A stretch of DNA of 27,522 nt from a virus (Duplodnaviria; Caudoviricetes). Location: the IMG/VR virus record IMGVR_UViG_3300012953_000172, positions 1 to 27,522 of that record. One strand, given 5' to 3'. The notes under the pieces are model-generated. The model was not told the DNA's origin. It did not search any database and worked only from the letters and a program-made list of their open reading frames with translations. This document shows positions 1 to 10,066 of the stretch, in pieces; position 1 is the stretch's first letter; each line of letters starts with the position of its first letter. The translations under genes and the position numbers were made by a program.

Positions 1-17
1 GAGAAGAAAGAAAAGAA

Positions 18-227
18 ATGATACAAGCTATGTTATTAAAAAAATTAGCTGATACTGTTATAAAAAAAGTAATGGATAATCGTGAGCTTAAAAAGATACA
101 AGAACATGATCGAGAAATTAAAAAGTTAAAAAAAATGGCTCATGAAAAAGCAGAGTATGTTTGCACCACTTGTGGTTGTAAAGCAAAGAGAGTAAAGAAA
201 ACTAAAAGAAAATCTAGGAGAAAATAA
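18..227 (+). CDS. hypothetical basic protein with a CxxCxC motif
   Basis: 69-aa ORF with a purine-rich leader, CTTCGC motif and K/R-rich tail. TAATG overlap with the next gene. Confidence 0.7.
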   Translation: MIQAMLLKKLADTVIKKVMDNRELKKIQEHDREIKKLKKMAHEKAEYVCTTCGCKAKRVKKTKRKSRRK

Positions 228-376
228 TGTTATCATTTATTACATCAAATTGGGAATGGATGTTGTTAGCTTTATATGTGTTAGAAAAAGGAATAAAGTT
301 GTCACCATCTACAAAAGATGATTTGGTTTGGGATATGTTCCTAAAACCTATAGTTGATAAAATAAAATCTAAATAG
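227..376 (+). CDS. small membrane protein, possible holin (49 aa; not in ORF track)
   Basis: Translated by hand: MLSFITSNWEWMLLALYVLEKGIKLSPSTKDDLVWDMFLKPIVDKIKSK. AGGAG at 216-220, TAATG coupling, N-terminal hydrophobic helix, located upstream of the endolysin. Confidence 0.7.
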   Translation: MLSFITSNWEWMLLALYVLEKGIKLSPSTKDDLVWDMFLKPIVDKIKSK

Positions 377-385
377 GAGGTAGTT

Positions 386-454
386 ATGGCATACGGAAAA
401 AAGAAACCAAAACCAAAGCCTAAAAAAAAGAAGAAAAAAAAAGGTAATAAATAA
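386..454 (+). CDS. 22-aa lysine-rich micropeptide (not in ORF track)
   Basis: MAYGKKKPKPKPKKKKKKKGNK. GGAGG at 376-380, and its TAA overlaps the endolysin ATG (TAATG). Confidence 0.65.
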   Translation: MAYGKKKPKPKPKKKKKKKGNK

Positions 455-843
455 TGCCTAGATTTGGAAAAAGAAGTAATGTAAATCTTGCAAGTTGTGA
501 TGAAAGATTACAAAAAGTATTTAATGAAGTTATAAAACACGTAGACTGTTCAGTCTTAGAAGGTCATAGAGGTGAAGAAAGACAAAACAAATTACAAGAA
601 GAAGGCAAGTCTAAAGTACGTTACCCAGATGGTAGGCATAATGCTAGCCCTAGTGTCGCTGTTGATGTCGCTCCTTACCCTATTGACTGGAATGATAGAG
701 AGCGTTTCCACCTTTTTGCTGGGTTCGTCATTGGGGTGGCTCGTGGGATGGGTATTACTCTTCGCTGGGGAGGAGACTGGAATATGAACTTTGAAGTTGA
801 CGATAATAAATTTGATGATTTTCCACATTTTGAACTAAGATGA
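454..843 (+). CDS. endolysin, peptidase M15 family (L-alanyl-D-glutamate peptidase-like, T5 lysin type)
   Basis: EGHR..ERQ, RH....SVAVD (Zn ligands H and D), LRWGGDW and terminal DFPHFEL motifs. Confidence 0.9.
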   Translation: MPRFGKRSNVNLASCDERLQKVFNEVIKHVDCSVLEGHRGEERQNKLQEEGKSKVRYPDGRHNASPSVAVDVAPYPIDWNDRERFHLFAGFVIGVARGMGITLRWGGDWNMNFEVDDNKFDDFPHFELR

Positions 844-892
844 TATATGCATATATATACATACCAGTTGATTATTGGGAATCAAACATAGA

Positions 893-1654
893 ATGCGAAT
901 ACATAAAAGATTAATAGTTACACCAGATAAGCATTTTCCTTTACATGATCAGAAAGCTATTAATATAGTTTGCAAAGCAATTGAAATTGTTAAGCCAGAT
1001 GCATACGTAGATTTAGGCGATACAGGAGAGTGGCAATACTTTAGTAGTCATCACTGGAGAAAGCGTGATAAACCGCCTGATGAATTATTAATACCAATGT
1101 TAGACAAGTCTGTTAAACAAGTTAACAAAGGAATGGATCAAATAGACAAAGCTCTTGATAATATTAAATGTAATGAAAGATATTTTATGCAAGGCAATCA
1201 TGAAGAATGGTTAGATACATACGCTATAAAACATAGTAGACCAAGATTCTTAACTCATAATGCCTTAAGATTAAAAGAGAGAGGATATGAATTTCATCCT
1301 TATTCTAGAAAAGTACCTTTAAAGATTGGTAAGTTAAATTTTAAACATGGTCATAGAACAGGTATGCATCATGCTAAAGCACACATAGCAATGTATGGAG
1401 AGAGTGTTATATACGGACATACTCATGACTTACAAAGACATACACATACTAGTTTAGGTGGAACTATTAGTGCATGGAGTTTAGGTTGTTTAAAAGACAT
1501 TAAAAAAGATGAAGAATGGTTAAGAGGTAATTTAACTAATTGGAATCACGCATTTGCTATAGTAGATTTTTTTAAGAATGGTAATTTTAATGTACAAGTT
1601 GTAGAGATAGTAAAAGGTAAAACAACATTATGGGGAGAAGTTATAGTTGGCTAA
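893..1654 (+). CDS. calcineurin-like metallophosphoesterase
   Basis: Ordered motifs PDKH, LGDTGE, GNHE, KHGH, GHTH. The ATG at 893 is preferred over the in-frame TTG at 875. Confidence 0.88.
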   Translation: MRIHKRLIVTPDKHFPLHDQKAINIVCKAIEIVKPDAYVDLGDTGEWQYFSSHHWRKRDKPPDELLIPMLDKSVKQVNKGMDQIDKALDNIKCNERYFMQGNHEEWLDTYAIKHSRPRFLTHNALRLKERGYEFHPYSRKVPLKIGKLNFKHGHRTGMHHAKAHIAMYGESVIYGHTHDLQRHTHTSLGGTISAWSLGCLKDIKKDEEWLRGNLTNWNHAFAIVDFFKNGNFNVQVVEIVKGKTTLWGEVIVG

Positions 1655-4600
1655 AAGTAGTTTTGAAATATCAACATTTACATCTGGAGTCGTAGGCTCA
1701 CCTTCAGAAACTGACATACCTAACGATGCAGCTTCATATTCTACAAATATAAATCCTGTATCAGAAGATGGTACATTACAAGCAATATCTAACGATCAAG
1801 TATTACAAAGCGATGTAGGTTTTGCAGTAAGTGCTAAAACTGTACAAACATTAAAAATATTAAGATCTGTAGAAAATCCTAACGATGATGAAGGAGTAGA
1901 CAATGTTAATGTTACAGCTATTGCAGCTCATACAGATGGCTATGTAAAATTAACATCTAGTAGTCATGGATTAACAACTGGAGATGTAATAGATTTTACT
2001 AATACGTCTGGTGGTACTGATATAAACGGTTATTTAAGAGTTCTTAATAGTGTAGATACTAATAATTTTACTGTTGAATTTATACACGCAGATATAAGTT
2101 CTGCACCAACAGGAACTCCTATAGGTACATTCGTATTAAGAAAAGATGTAAGCAATAATAAGCAAGTATATGAAGGTGCTTTAATACAAGCAGTTACGTA
2201 TAATTCTAGCTATGAAGAAAAAAAATATGTATTTTATTTTGTTCAACAAGGAAGCGGTGTAGATCCTAATTTAGAAGGGTATACTTCAGTTTCAGTTGGT
2301 GTATCAAATGCAGCTGATGTTAATGCTATAGCTACAGCTTTAAACACAGCAATAAATAATACAGATGGATTTACTTCTACTGTAAGTACTGATACAATAA
2401 CAATATCTCCAGACGCAAATGTAGATGCTCCATTGTTTTATATACCAGATAATTCAGATACTGCTGTTCCTCAGCAAGACGCTACATTTATTGAAATAAA
2501 CACATCTGCTATTTTACCAACTATTACAACGGAAGGAAAAGGTACATTATTTCAATCAGATGATATGGCTGTTGTTAATATGGATGATAAGGTTTACACT
2601 TTATTTGGAATTAACTACACTTCTAATAAAATATTTAAATGGGATGATATATATAATACTAATGGAGAAAATTTTACATCTGAATTTGCAGATAATATTA
2701 CTAATGATAATAAATCTACAATACAACAAAGAAATAAGAATCTATTTATAGGCTTAGGTGGTTCAGAAATATTTAACACTAAATGGCTTGGACACATAGA
2801 TTCTACACAAATAAATAAAGATATTAAAGGTTGGTTTTTAGTAAATGATAGCCTTGATTCTGTAGATGAATCAGCGTCACCTAATAACTACGATCATATT
2901 ATTGCACAGCAAATACAAGATAATAATACTGCGTTTAATGAACAACAGTGTTATCATGCAGCAATTTCTGGTATGAATGCTAATGATACTGCTGGAGCAG
3001 CAACTTTAAAAGATCATATGCAAGACGCTGGTGGTAAATTATACGCAGCAGGAAACGCAAATATAAATCATAGTGGTAAAGCTGCTAATGAACCTCCTAA
3101 AATAGGTTGGTGTTTTAAAATTACAGACACTAATGATACAAGTGATAATAAACTATTAGGAGCTAAACAATACAAATACGATCCTAGTAATGCTTTAGTA
3201 ATAGGAGATGTATTTATGGTAGTAGATAATACATCAGGAAGTGAAGTATTAGAATATTTAGGTAATACTGGAACAACAGAACCAGCGTTTATGATGGGAA
3301 TCGTAGAAGGTACATCTAAAATATACAAGATAAGTACTGCTCCTGGAACTGCTGATTTTACTGCAGAATCAGATAGAGTTAGTTCTATTGATATATCTGA
3401 ATTTATAGATGGAGATACTATAACTACAATAGCACAATGCAGAAGTCCTTTAACCTCTGGTGCATCAGTAGCTAATTCTAATTACTTATATTACTGTGAT
3501 GGTACAATAGACAGTGGTCATGTATCAGATCAAAGATGTAGACCACTACATATGATGTATTGGGTTGGAACAACTAACGGTAATTTATATAGGGTAAACT
3601 TATTAGACTTTCATAGTCAACATAATAATGATACTTACAAAGGTATAAAGTTAGATGCTAAAATGGTATTAGACTATTCTAATATAGCTAGATGTCAAGA
3701 CTCACAATACGATGGTAATTTTAAGCATTGGTATGGTGGTATATATGGAGCTAAAAGATTTAATGAATATGGATATAGTGAAAACTCTAACATAAGAACT
3801 ATAGATCATAATTTAGAAGGTACTGATACAACGATTACAGAATCTAGTGGAGCTTGGGTAGAGTCTTATTCTTGGTCTAAAGAACCTGTGAATTCTAATA
3901 TTGCAGGTATAATTGAAACATGGAATAATGCAACAGATACTACACAAGTACCGACAGCTGTTCAAAATAATGTAGCAGAAAAATATGTTTACGATGATGA
4001 TACAGACTCTGCTGGAGCAGGTGCTAATCCAGGTAATATGACACATCATCATGCACAAACTAATCAAACTGGTGATATAAAAGATTACGCAGCAGATAAA
4101 ACTATTAAAATACAATCACATGCAAACAATTTAAATCACGGATTTGATACTGGTAATCTTATTACAGGATTTATAAATAAAGATGGTAAAGGACATACTA
4201 ATTACCAAGGCAATACTGTAATAACTAAAGTAGAAGGTTTAAATGAATTTAAAGCGCAAGGAACACATCCTGGTACTAGCGGCGATGAAGATTCATTTCC
4301 GTACTATTCTTGTAAAGTATGGGTATTATGGAAAAGAAAAGATGGTAGTGCTCATGAAAAATGGGATTTAATGTTGTATAATTTTTATCCAACTACAGTG
4401 CAATCTAATAGTGTAGAAGTATATGATCGTACTCCTCCTTATGATGAGTGTGAAAAAAATATAATGTCTGATAGTCACGGAGTAGACAATGGTATTGGAG
4501 CTTTTTGGAAAGATGGAGATTGTAATTTTTACATACAAAAAAGTTCTATGATGCTAGGTAAAGGTAATAGTGAAGCATCTAATACTATATTACCACAATC

Positions 4601-7600
4601 TTCTTCTTATAGTGTTAATCAAGGAGATGGTCCTAATAATATTTATGTTATGAGAAGAGACGGAAGTGGTATATCTTGGGAATGCTCAGGTTACCATAGC
4701 TACACAAGCATGGGTAGTTTAATAGGATTTGATGGAAGTATAGATGGAGAGCCTAGACTAACTACTCCTTTTACACATACACTTACTACCATAAAACCAT
4801 TACAAGAAAAACCTGCGGATTATACTGCTATAGCTTATGATGATGCTTTATCTTTTAATGATAGCCAGTGGTCTAAAGGTGCTAATAAACATCAAGTTTG
4901 TTTTGCAGGGACAGTAAGCGGTAGAATGGCTATAGATGGTTTTAGTCAAACATGGATGTTAAACGATAGTGAAGTTGACAATAGTCATTCAGTTCGTGAA
5001 AATCAATTTAAAACATATAATGATACTCCTGTATTATTTAAAATAACAGATACTGGTTCTGCAAAATCTGATACAAGAACATTTGCAGGTAGATATGCTA
5101 GTACTTCAAATTCTACTGCACACACAAACAATGAAATACCTTGGCATTATAATAATGGTGGTAAATTTAAAAAGAGATGTATTTATAGTACTAGTGATAG
5201 TACTCATATATCTACTAGAGGATCAGGTATAGTTACAGGAAGTGATCATAATCTTTACTATACTTCTGGTACTTATAGTTTATATGATGGCACTAAACTA
5301 GTTCCTACAATAGTTCCTTTTTCTAACGCTTCTGATGCAAATATGGTTCAAGGTCAAGTTGGGGATTATTTATATATTGATAGAAGATGGTTATCAGGAG
5401 AGCCAAGATTAGGAACTACTACTATGTATAAATCAGCTAGTGGATATATACAAACTGGAGAAAGTGAAGGATCAACAAGTTATGTATACAATAGAAATCA
5501 AAAACAATTTAGACCTTATACAGGTGCAGGTGGTAATGACAATCAAGCAACAACAATTAGAGGAACAGGTGGTTATTTAAGTAGACTTAGTTCTAGTGAA
5601 AAAGATTCTAAAGAATTACCAGCAGGTGATGGCGCTAATCATAATGGAGAAAAATTTAATCATCAAATTATTATTACATCTGTAAAAAGTGCGTATTCAT
5701 TAACAGATGATGTTAGCACTGCTAGAATGGGTGGTGGGGATGAATACTATTACAATCAAACTGATACTAGAGTTACAACTAATAGGTATAGTGCAAGTGA
5801 TCAACCAGCACAAATAACATATGATATAAATAGATATTCTCCAGGGTTTGAAACTATGTCTTATCATGCAGCAGAAATGAGACCATTTGAATTTCAAGGT
5901 GGTCCATTAGATTTAATTAGAAGTTTGCAACCTATAGCTAATACTAATATGACATATAAAAATCAATTATTATTATCATCAAGTAGCAATATAGGCGGTG
6001 AACTTACATCTACTTTATCTGCGTATGAAGATAAAACATACACAACAACAGGTAGCGTATATCACGTTTGGTATTCTGATAAAGTATCTGGATTATTAAA
6101 TAAAGTAGATCAAGATTTTTATACAGAGTATAGTACTCATACTAAAGTTTTACCAGTATCTTTAACACCTAATGAAGATGTAGCTGATGGAACAGCAGAC
6201 ACTCATACAGTATGGGGGTCTGGTAATGCTAAAGTATCTAATGTAAATAAACAATTTGTAGCACCTTTATTAGGAGAAGGTTATGATTATACAGCAGGAT
6301 CTTTTACAGCATTTGATAGTGACAATTATATAACAAGTAATCCATTGTTAACTTTTAGTAATGAACAAGGCACAGGAACAGAATTACCTAACAATGCAAA
6401 TATTAAATATAAAGTATCCTTTTTATATGATGGCTATCAAGAAAGTTCATTAAGTAATTTCTTTTATGATAAAACAATGACAGCAGATAAATCTAGTCAT
6501 GATGTTACAGTAAACTTAGATGAATCATATGATTTTAATCCTAGAGTTACACATATAGTAGTATACAGAAAGAACACGGATAACGATTTATATAGATTAG
6601 TAAAAGAAGTTCCTTTAGATAGTAAGATTTGGGTTAATGAAAATGGATTAAATAAATTTACATTTAGAGACGATAAAAGATTTGGATCTTATGCAGCATT
6701 AACTGGTATAAATGAAGAAAGAGAAACTACTAGTTTAAATTATTCTTTAAGTGCGCAAATTAATGATGAATTATTTGTAAGTCTTGCGTGGCATAAAGAC
6801 GCAGAAGATGATGTTAAAAAGTATGTATATAAATCTAAATCAGGAAACTTTAGCCAATTTGATTATAAAAAAGACTTTTTAGTATTACCTAATATACCTA
6901 CAGCATTAGCATCGTTTAACGGTAAAATATATGCATTTGATAGAAATAATACATATGTTATAAATCCACAGCAAATGTTTATAGAAGATACATTTGAAGG
7001 TGTAGGTTGTTTAAGCCAAGATGCTTTTGTAGTTACAGAGTTTGGAATGTGTTTTGCAGATGTAAACAATATTTATTTACACAATGGATCTATTGCTAAA
7101 CCAATAGGTACTAATATATTAGATGTATCTACATACGAAGGTATAAATTTAGGATGGCAAAAATCTGTAGATTATTCAGAAAATACTTTAGGTGTAAATC
7201 CTTTTGTGTTTTATGATGGTCAAACAAATTCTTTTGTGTGTTTTGTACATGCTTCATCAGATATAAATCCTGATAGCAGTGTATCAAAAGCATGGGTTTA
7301 TAGCATTTCTAGAAACAGGTGGGATTACTGGGAATCACCTAATGTTAAAAAAGCTATCCAAGGAATGGATGGAGATATAATAATATCAGATGGTAATCTT
7401 ATATATAATTATAAAAAAGATTCTACTAAACGTGATTGGAAATGGTTAAGTAAAAAATTATCATTAACTAAACAAACCAATACTAAAAGAATGAGTAGAA
7501 TTAAATTACAAGGTAGTCCTACTTTAGATACTATAAGCACACCTCCTAAATGGAATGATGACTTAGTAGTATATGTAGATGGTGAAATACAACAATTAAC

Positions 7601-8042
7601 TATACCAAACATTAACCCAGCAAAAAATAAAGGATTTACAAAAGAATTTAGTGGGTGTTTCTGGTATGACAATTCTGATTTAACAGATGCACAAACAACA
7701 ATAAATGTTAAGGGATTAAATGGAGAATCTATTACAGGTACATTACCACCAATAGGTACTTACATTATGTTAGAACAAGAAGTTATGCTTGTTACTGCAA
7801 ATCCTAGTTCAACATCATTGACTGTAACTAGAGGGCAACTAGGAACTACAGCAGTAGCTCACGATTATGATGCTTCTACACAAAGTACAGTAGGATTAGA
7901 AGGACAGAGAATATATAATATATGTCCTATTATTAAATTACCTTCTAAGTGTAAAGGTAAAAATATAGAAGTTAAATTTTCTAATCAGAAAGGTGTTGTA
8001 GATAGCTTTGCAATACAATTTATAGATAAAGGAGGCAAGTAA
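1647..8042 (+). CDS. large virion tail protein, tail nozzle / tail tubular B (T7 gp12, P22 gp10)-like, with large insertions
   Basis: 2131 aa, TTG start with GGGGAG upstream. N-terminal F..GV....SE.DIP..A.....NI and C-terminal GVGCLSQDAFVVTEFGMCFAD...IY...WVYS....RW segments resemble nozzle beta-propeller proteins. S/T/N/G-rich, and directly upstream of the ejection-protein genes. Confidence 0.65.
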   Translation: MAKSSFEISTFTSGVVGSPSETDIPNDAASYSTNINPVSEDGTLQAISNDQVLQSDVGFAVSAKTVQTLKILRSVENPNDDEGVDNVNVTAIAAHTDGYVKLTSSSHGLTTGDVIDFTNTSGGTDINGYLRVLNSVDTNNFTVEFIHADISSAPTGTPIGTFVLRKDVSNNKQVYEGALIQAVTYNSSYEEKKYVFYFVQQGSGVDPNLEGYTSVSVGVSNAADVNAIATALNTAINNTDGFTSTVSTDTITISPDANVDAPLFYIPDNSDTAVPQQDATFIEINTSAILPTITTEGKGTLFQSDDMAVVNMDDKVYTLFGINYTSNKIFKWDDIYNTNGENFTSEFADNITNDNKSTIQQRNKNLFIGLGGSEIFNTKWLGHIDSTQINKDIKGWFLVNDSLDSVDESASPNNYDHIIAQQIQDNNTAFNEQQCYHAAISGMNANDTAGAATLKDHMQDAGGKLYAAGNANINHSGKAANEPPKIGWCFKITDTNDTSDNKLLGAKQYKYDPSNALVIGDVFMVVDNTSGSEVLEYLGNTGTTEPAFMMGIVEGTSKIYKISTAPGTADFTAESDRVSSIDISEFIDGDTITTIAQCRSPLTSGASVANSNYLYYCDGTIDSGHVSDQRCRPLHMMYWVGTTNGNLYRVNLLDFHSQHNNDTYKGIKLDAKMVLDYSNIARCQDSQYDGNFKHWYGGIYGAKRFNEYGYSENSNIRTIDHNLEGTDTTITESSGAWVESYSWSKEPVNSNIAGIIETWNNATDTTQVPTAVQNNVAEKYVYDDDTDSAGAGANPGNMTHHHAQTNQTGDIKDYAADKTIKIQSHANNLNHGFDTGNLITGFINKDGKGHTNYQGNTVITKVEGLNEFKAQGTHPGTSGDEDSFPYYSCKVWVLWKRKDGSAHEKWDLMLYNFYPTTVQSNSVEVYDRTPPYDECEKNIMSDSHGVDNGIGAFWKDGDCNFYIQKSSMMLGKGNSEASNTILPQSSSYSVNQGDGPNNIYVMRRDGSGISWECSGYHSYTSMGSLIGFDGSIDGEPRLTTPFTHTLTTIKPLQEKPADYTAIAYDDALSFNDSQWSKGANKHQVCFAGTVSGRMAIDGFSQTWMLNDSEVDNSHSVRENQFKTYNDTPVLFKITDTGSAKSDTRTFAGRYASTSNSTAHTNNEIPWHYNNGGKFKKRCIYSTSDSTHISTRGSGIVTGSDHNLYYTSGTYSLYDGTKLVPTIVPFSNASDANMVQGQVGDYLYIDRRWLSGEPRLGTTTMYKSASGYIQTGESEGSTSYVYNRNQKQFRPYTGAGGNDNQATTIRGTGGYLSRLSSSEKDSKELPAGDGANHNGEKFNHQIIITSVKSAYSLTDDVSTARMGGGDEYYYNQTDTRVTTNRYSASDQPAQITYDINRYSPGFETMSYHAAEMRPFEFQGGPLDLIRSLQPIANTNMTYKNQLLLSSSSNIGGELTSTLSAYEDKTYTTTGSVYHVWYSDKVSGLLNKVDQDFYTEYSTHTKVLPVSLTPNEDVADGTADTHTVWGSGNAKVSNVNKQFVAPLLGEGYDYTAGSFTAFDSDNYITSNPLLTFSNEQGTGTELPNNANIKYKVSFLYDGYQESSLSNFFYDKTMTADKSSHDVTVNLDESYDFNPRVTHIVVYRKNTDNDLYRLVKEVPLDSKIWVNENGLNKFTFRDDKRFGSYAALTGINEERETTSLNYSLSAQINDELFVSLAWHKDAEDDVKKYVYKSKSGNFSQFDYKKDFLVLPNIPTALASFNGKIYAFDRNNTYVINPQQMFIEDTFEGVGCLSQDAFVVTEFGMCFADVNNIYLHNGSIAKPIGTNILDVSTYEGINLGWQKSVDYSENTLGVNPFVFYDGQTNSFVCFVHASSDINPDSSVSKAWVYSISRNRWDYWESPNVKKAIQGMDGDIIISDGNLIYNYKKDSTKRDWKWLSKKLSLTKQTNTKRMSRIKLQGSPTLDTISTPPKWNDDLVVYVDGEIQQLTIPNINPAKNKGFTKEFSGCFWYDNSDLTDAQTTINVKGLNGESITGTLPPIGTYIMLEQEVMLVTANPSSTSLTVTRGQLGTTAVAHDYDASTQSTVGLEGQRIYNICPIIKLPSKCKGKNIEVKFSNQKGVVDSFAIQFIDKGGK

Positions 8043-8305
8043 TGTCTAAGATAAAATCATTAAGACATGCTCCTAAAGTAACTGATCCAGAAGTTCAACT
8101 TGCAATAAATAAGATTTATGACGAAATTAACACATTAATAGATAGTGTAAATTCTAGCGTTACAGATATAGAAAAAGAAGGAAGTGGTAAACCTGGAGAC
8201 GTTAGAGTTACTACAAAATCTGATAGAGATGTAGTTTTAGAAGTAAGAACAGATGAAGGTTGGTTTGAATCTTCTGGTTTAACAATGATAAAGAAAAGAG
8301 GTTAA
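8042..8305 (+). CDS. hypothetical virion-associated protein
   Basis: 87 aa, TAATG-coupled to the tail gene, with GGAGG upstream. Confidence 0.75.
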   Translation: MSKIKSLRHAPKVTDPEVQLAINKIYDEINTLIDSVNSSVTDIEKEGSGKPGDVRVTTKSDRDVVLEVRTDEGWFESSGLTMIKKRG

Positions 8306-8878
8306 ATGGGGTTATTTAGTGCAGTTATAGATAGAAGTCCAATAGATCAATTTGGTGCTAGTGCAAATGCAGCAGCACAAGTTGGTATGTCGCAAGCAGC
8401 GTTTAATAGATCTAATGATATGTTTAATATGAACAGCACTAGAAATCAAATGCAAAGACAAATGACACAGCAATCTGCTTTTGATGTACAAGCACAAACA
8501 GATATGATGCAAAGAAGACAAGCTGCTAGAATGGGACAATCCTACAATCAAATAGATACTACATCTGCAATTAATCAACAAGTTCAAAATGCTAATATGC
8601 AACAAGGTCTTGCTAATCAACAAATGGCTGGTGGTTATTTAAGTCAAGCAGCATCAATGCAAGCAAGTGCAGCAAGCACAAGAAATAGTTTAAACGGTAT
8701 GTACAGACAACAACAACAAGCAAATCAACGAGCTAAACAACAAGCTAAAGCAGCAGCAATGAGTGCTGTAGGTGGCTTAGTATCTGGTCTAGCTGGTCCA
8801 GCAATAGGAGTATTAGGACAAGCAGGAGCTAATGCAATAGCAGGTGGATTTGGTATGAAGAAAGTAGGTATGGCATAA
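8306..8878 (+). CDS. putative ejection/pilot (internal virion) protein
   Basis: Q/A/M-rich helical sequence with a C-terminal Gly/Ala hydrophobic segment (AMSAVGGLVSGLAGPAIGVLG). Its position after the nozzle gene is typical of podovirus ejection proteins. Confidence 0.6.
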   Translation: MGLFSAVIDRSPIDQFGASANAAAQVGMSQAAFNRSNDMFNMNSTRNQMQRQMTQQSAFDVQAQTDMMQRRQAARMGQSYNQIDTTSAINQQVQNANMQQGLANQQMAGGYLSQAASMQASAASTRNSLNGMYRQQQQANQRAKQQAKAAAMSAVGGLVSGLAGPAIGVLGQAGANAIAGGFGMKKVGMA

Positions 8879-8879
8879 T

Positions 8880-9485
8880 ATGTTTTCAATAGCACAAGCA
8901 GCGCAAAATCAAATGTCAAGAATGCAAAATCAACAACAGTATGACAGAAGAATGGATTTAGAAGAAGCAAAATGGAACACATCTAAAGATATAATAGATT
9001 ATGATTTTGGAAGACGAAAAAGATACGATGAATCACAAGAAAATTTATTAGGATTAATTAATCAATATGATCAAGATAAAAATAATTATACAAAAGAATT
9101 AGAAAAATACAAACAAGATAATCGTGTAAAAGGACTATTTGAAATGTTTGGAGAAAAACAAACTATGGTTGATCCATCTGGTAAAACAAAACAAATTTAT
9201 AGAGATGGTAGAATGGTTGAAGTTCCTGCTATGGTTTCTACTCCTGAAACAAAAGGAGATTGGAAAAGATGGTTTAGAAGTTGGACAGGATCAAATCCAA
9301 AAGCAGAAGATGTAATTGGACCTGGCCCTGAAGGTCCTGATTTTAGAGACCCTAACTTGTATAAAGGAATCGGCATAGACCAATATAGATCATTAATAGA
9401 TTTTATTGAAAATGATGGAGATGCTTCAAGAAGAGCTACAATAGATGAATTATTAGAAGCACTAGATATAAAAGGAGTTAAATAA
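8880..9485 (+). CDS. hypothetical protein, putative internal virion protein
   Basis: 201 aa with a Q-rich coiled N-terminus, tightly packed in the ejection cluster. Confidence 0.6.
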   Translation: MFSIAQAAQNQMSRMQNQQQYDRRMDLEEAKWNTSKDIIDYDFGRRKRYDESQENLLGLINQYDQDKNNYTKELEKYKQDNRVKGLFEMFGEKQTMVDPSGKTKQIYRDGRMVEVPAMVSTPETKGDWKRWFRSWTGSNPKAEDVIGPGPEGPDFRDPNLYKGIGIDQYRSLIDFIENDGDASRRATIDELLEALDIKGVK

Positions 9486-10027
9486 TGGCTAATCCTAGAT
9501 TTAAAAAAACAAAAGCAGTAGCAGAACTTGTAAAAAGATATAATAAAGGAGATTTAGAATATCTTCCTGAAAAACAAAAAGAACAAATAGCTATGTTAGC
9601 TGCACAAATGGGACTAGATTTTAATGTTAAATCTAAACCAATCAGAAAAGGTTTATTTGATTTGGTTGATACAGCAGCGTTAGGACTTATTCCTAATTCA
9701 TTAAGACCATACTCAGTAGGAGAAGAATATCATGGAGAATCTCAATCTGATAAGTTTAGTGGTACTTTAGGAATGCTAGCTGGATCTGTTGTTCCAGGTG
9801 CTCTTGCTGTTAAAGGAATGGGCAAACTTAGGAATTGGTGGAACACTCCAAAAGGAAGTTCTGGACCTATTGGATATAGTCCTCCAGGAGCACAATCTCC
9901 TAATAGAATGGCTCAATTAAATCCTGCAAGAGATAATTTAATTGGTGGTAGACAACCTAATTTACTTGATATGACAGGGAATCAAAAACCTTATGGTTTT
10001 GACATTCCAAATAGGTTCTGGTCCTGA
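9485..10027 (+). CDS. putative internal virion protein with a domain similar to the N-terminus of the 2603-aa protein
   Basis: 180 aa, AGGAG RBS, TAATG coupling. Aligns by eye with the first ~100 aa of the next ORF. Confidence 0.65.
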   Translation: MANPRFKKTKAVAELVKRYNKGDLEYLPEKQKEQIAMLAAQMGLDFNVKSKPIRKGLFDLVDTAALGLIPNSLRPYSVGEEYHGESQSDKFSGTLGMLAGSVVPGALAVKGMGKLRNWWNTPKGSSGPIGYSPPGAQSPNRMAQLNPARDNLIGGRQPNLLDMTGNQKPYGFDIPNRFWS

Positions 10028-10066
10028 TGCATATTTGGATTATTTAAATAGCTTATAAGGAGATAC

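Noticed and set aside
843-856. Palindrome ATATATGCATATAT after the endolysin
   Set aside because: Low-complexity AT repeat with no U tract or second copy, so there is too little support for a terminator or operator.
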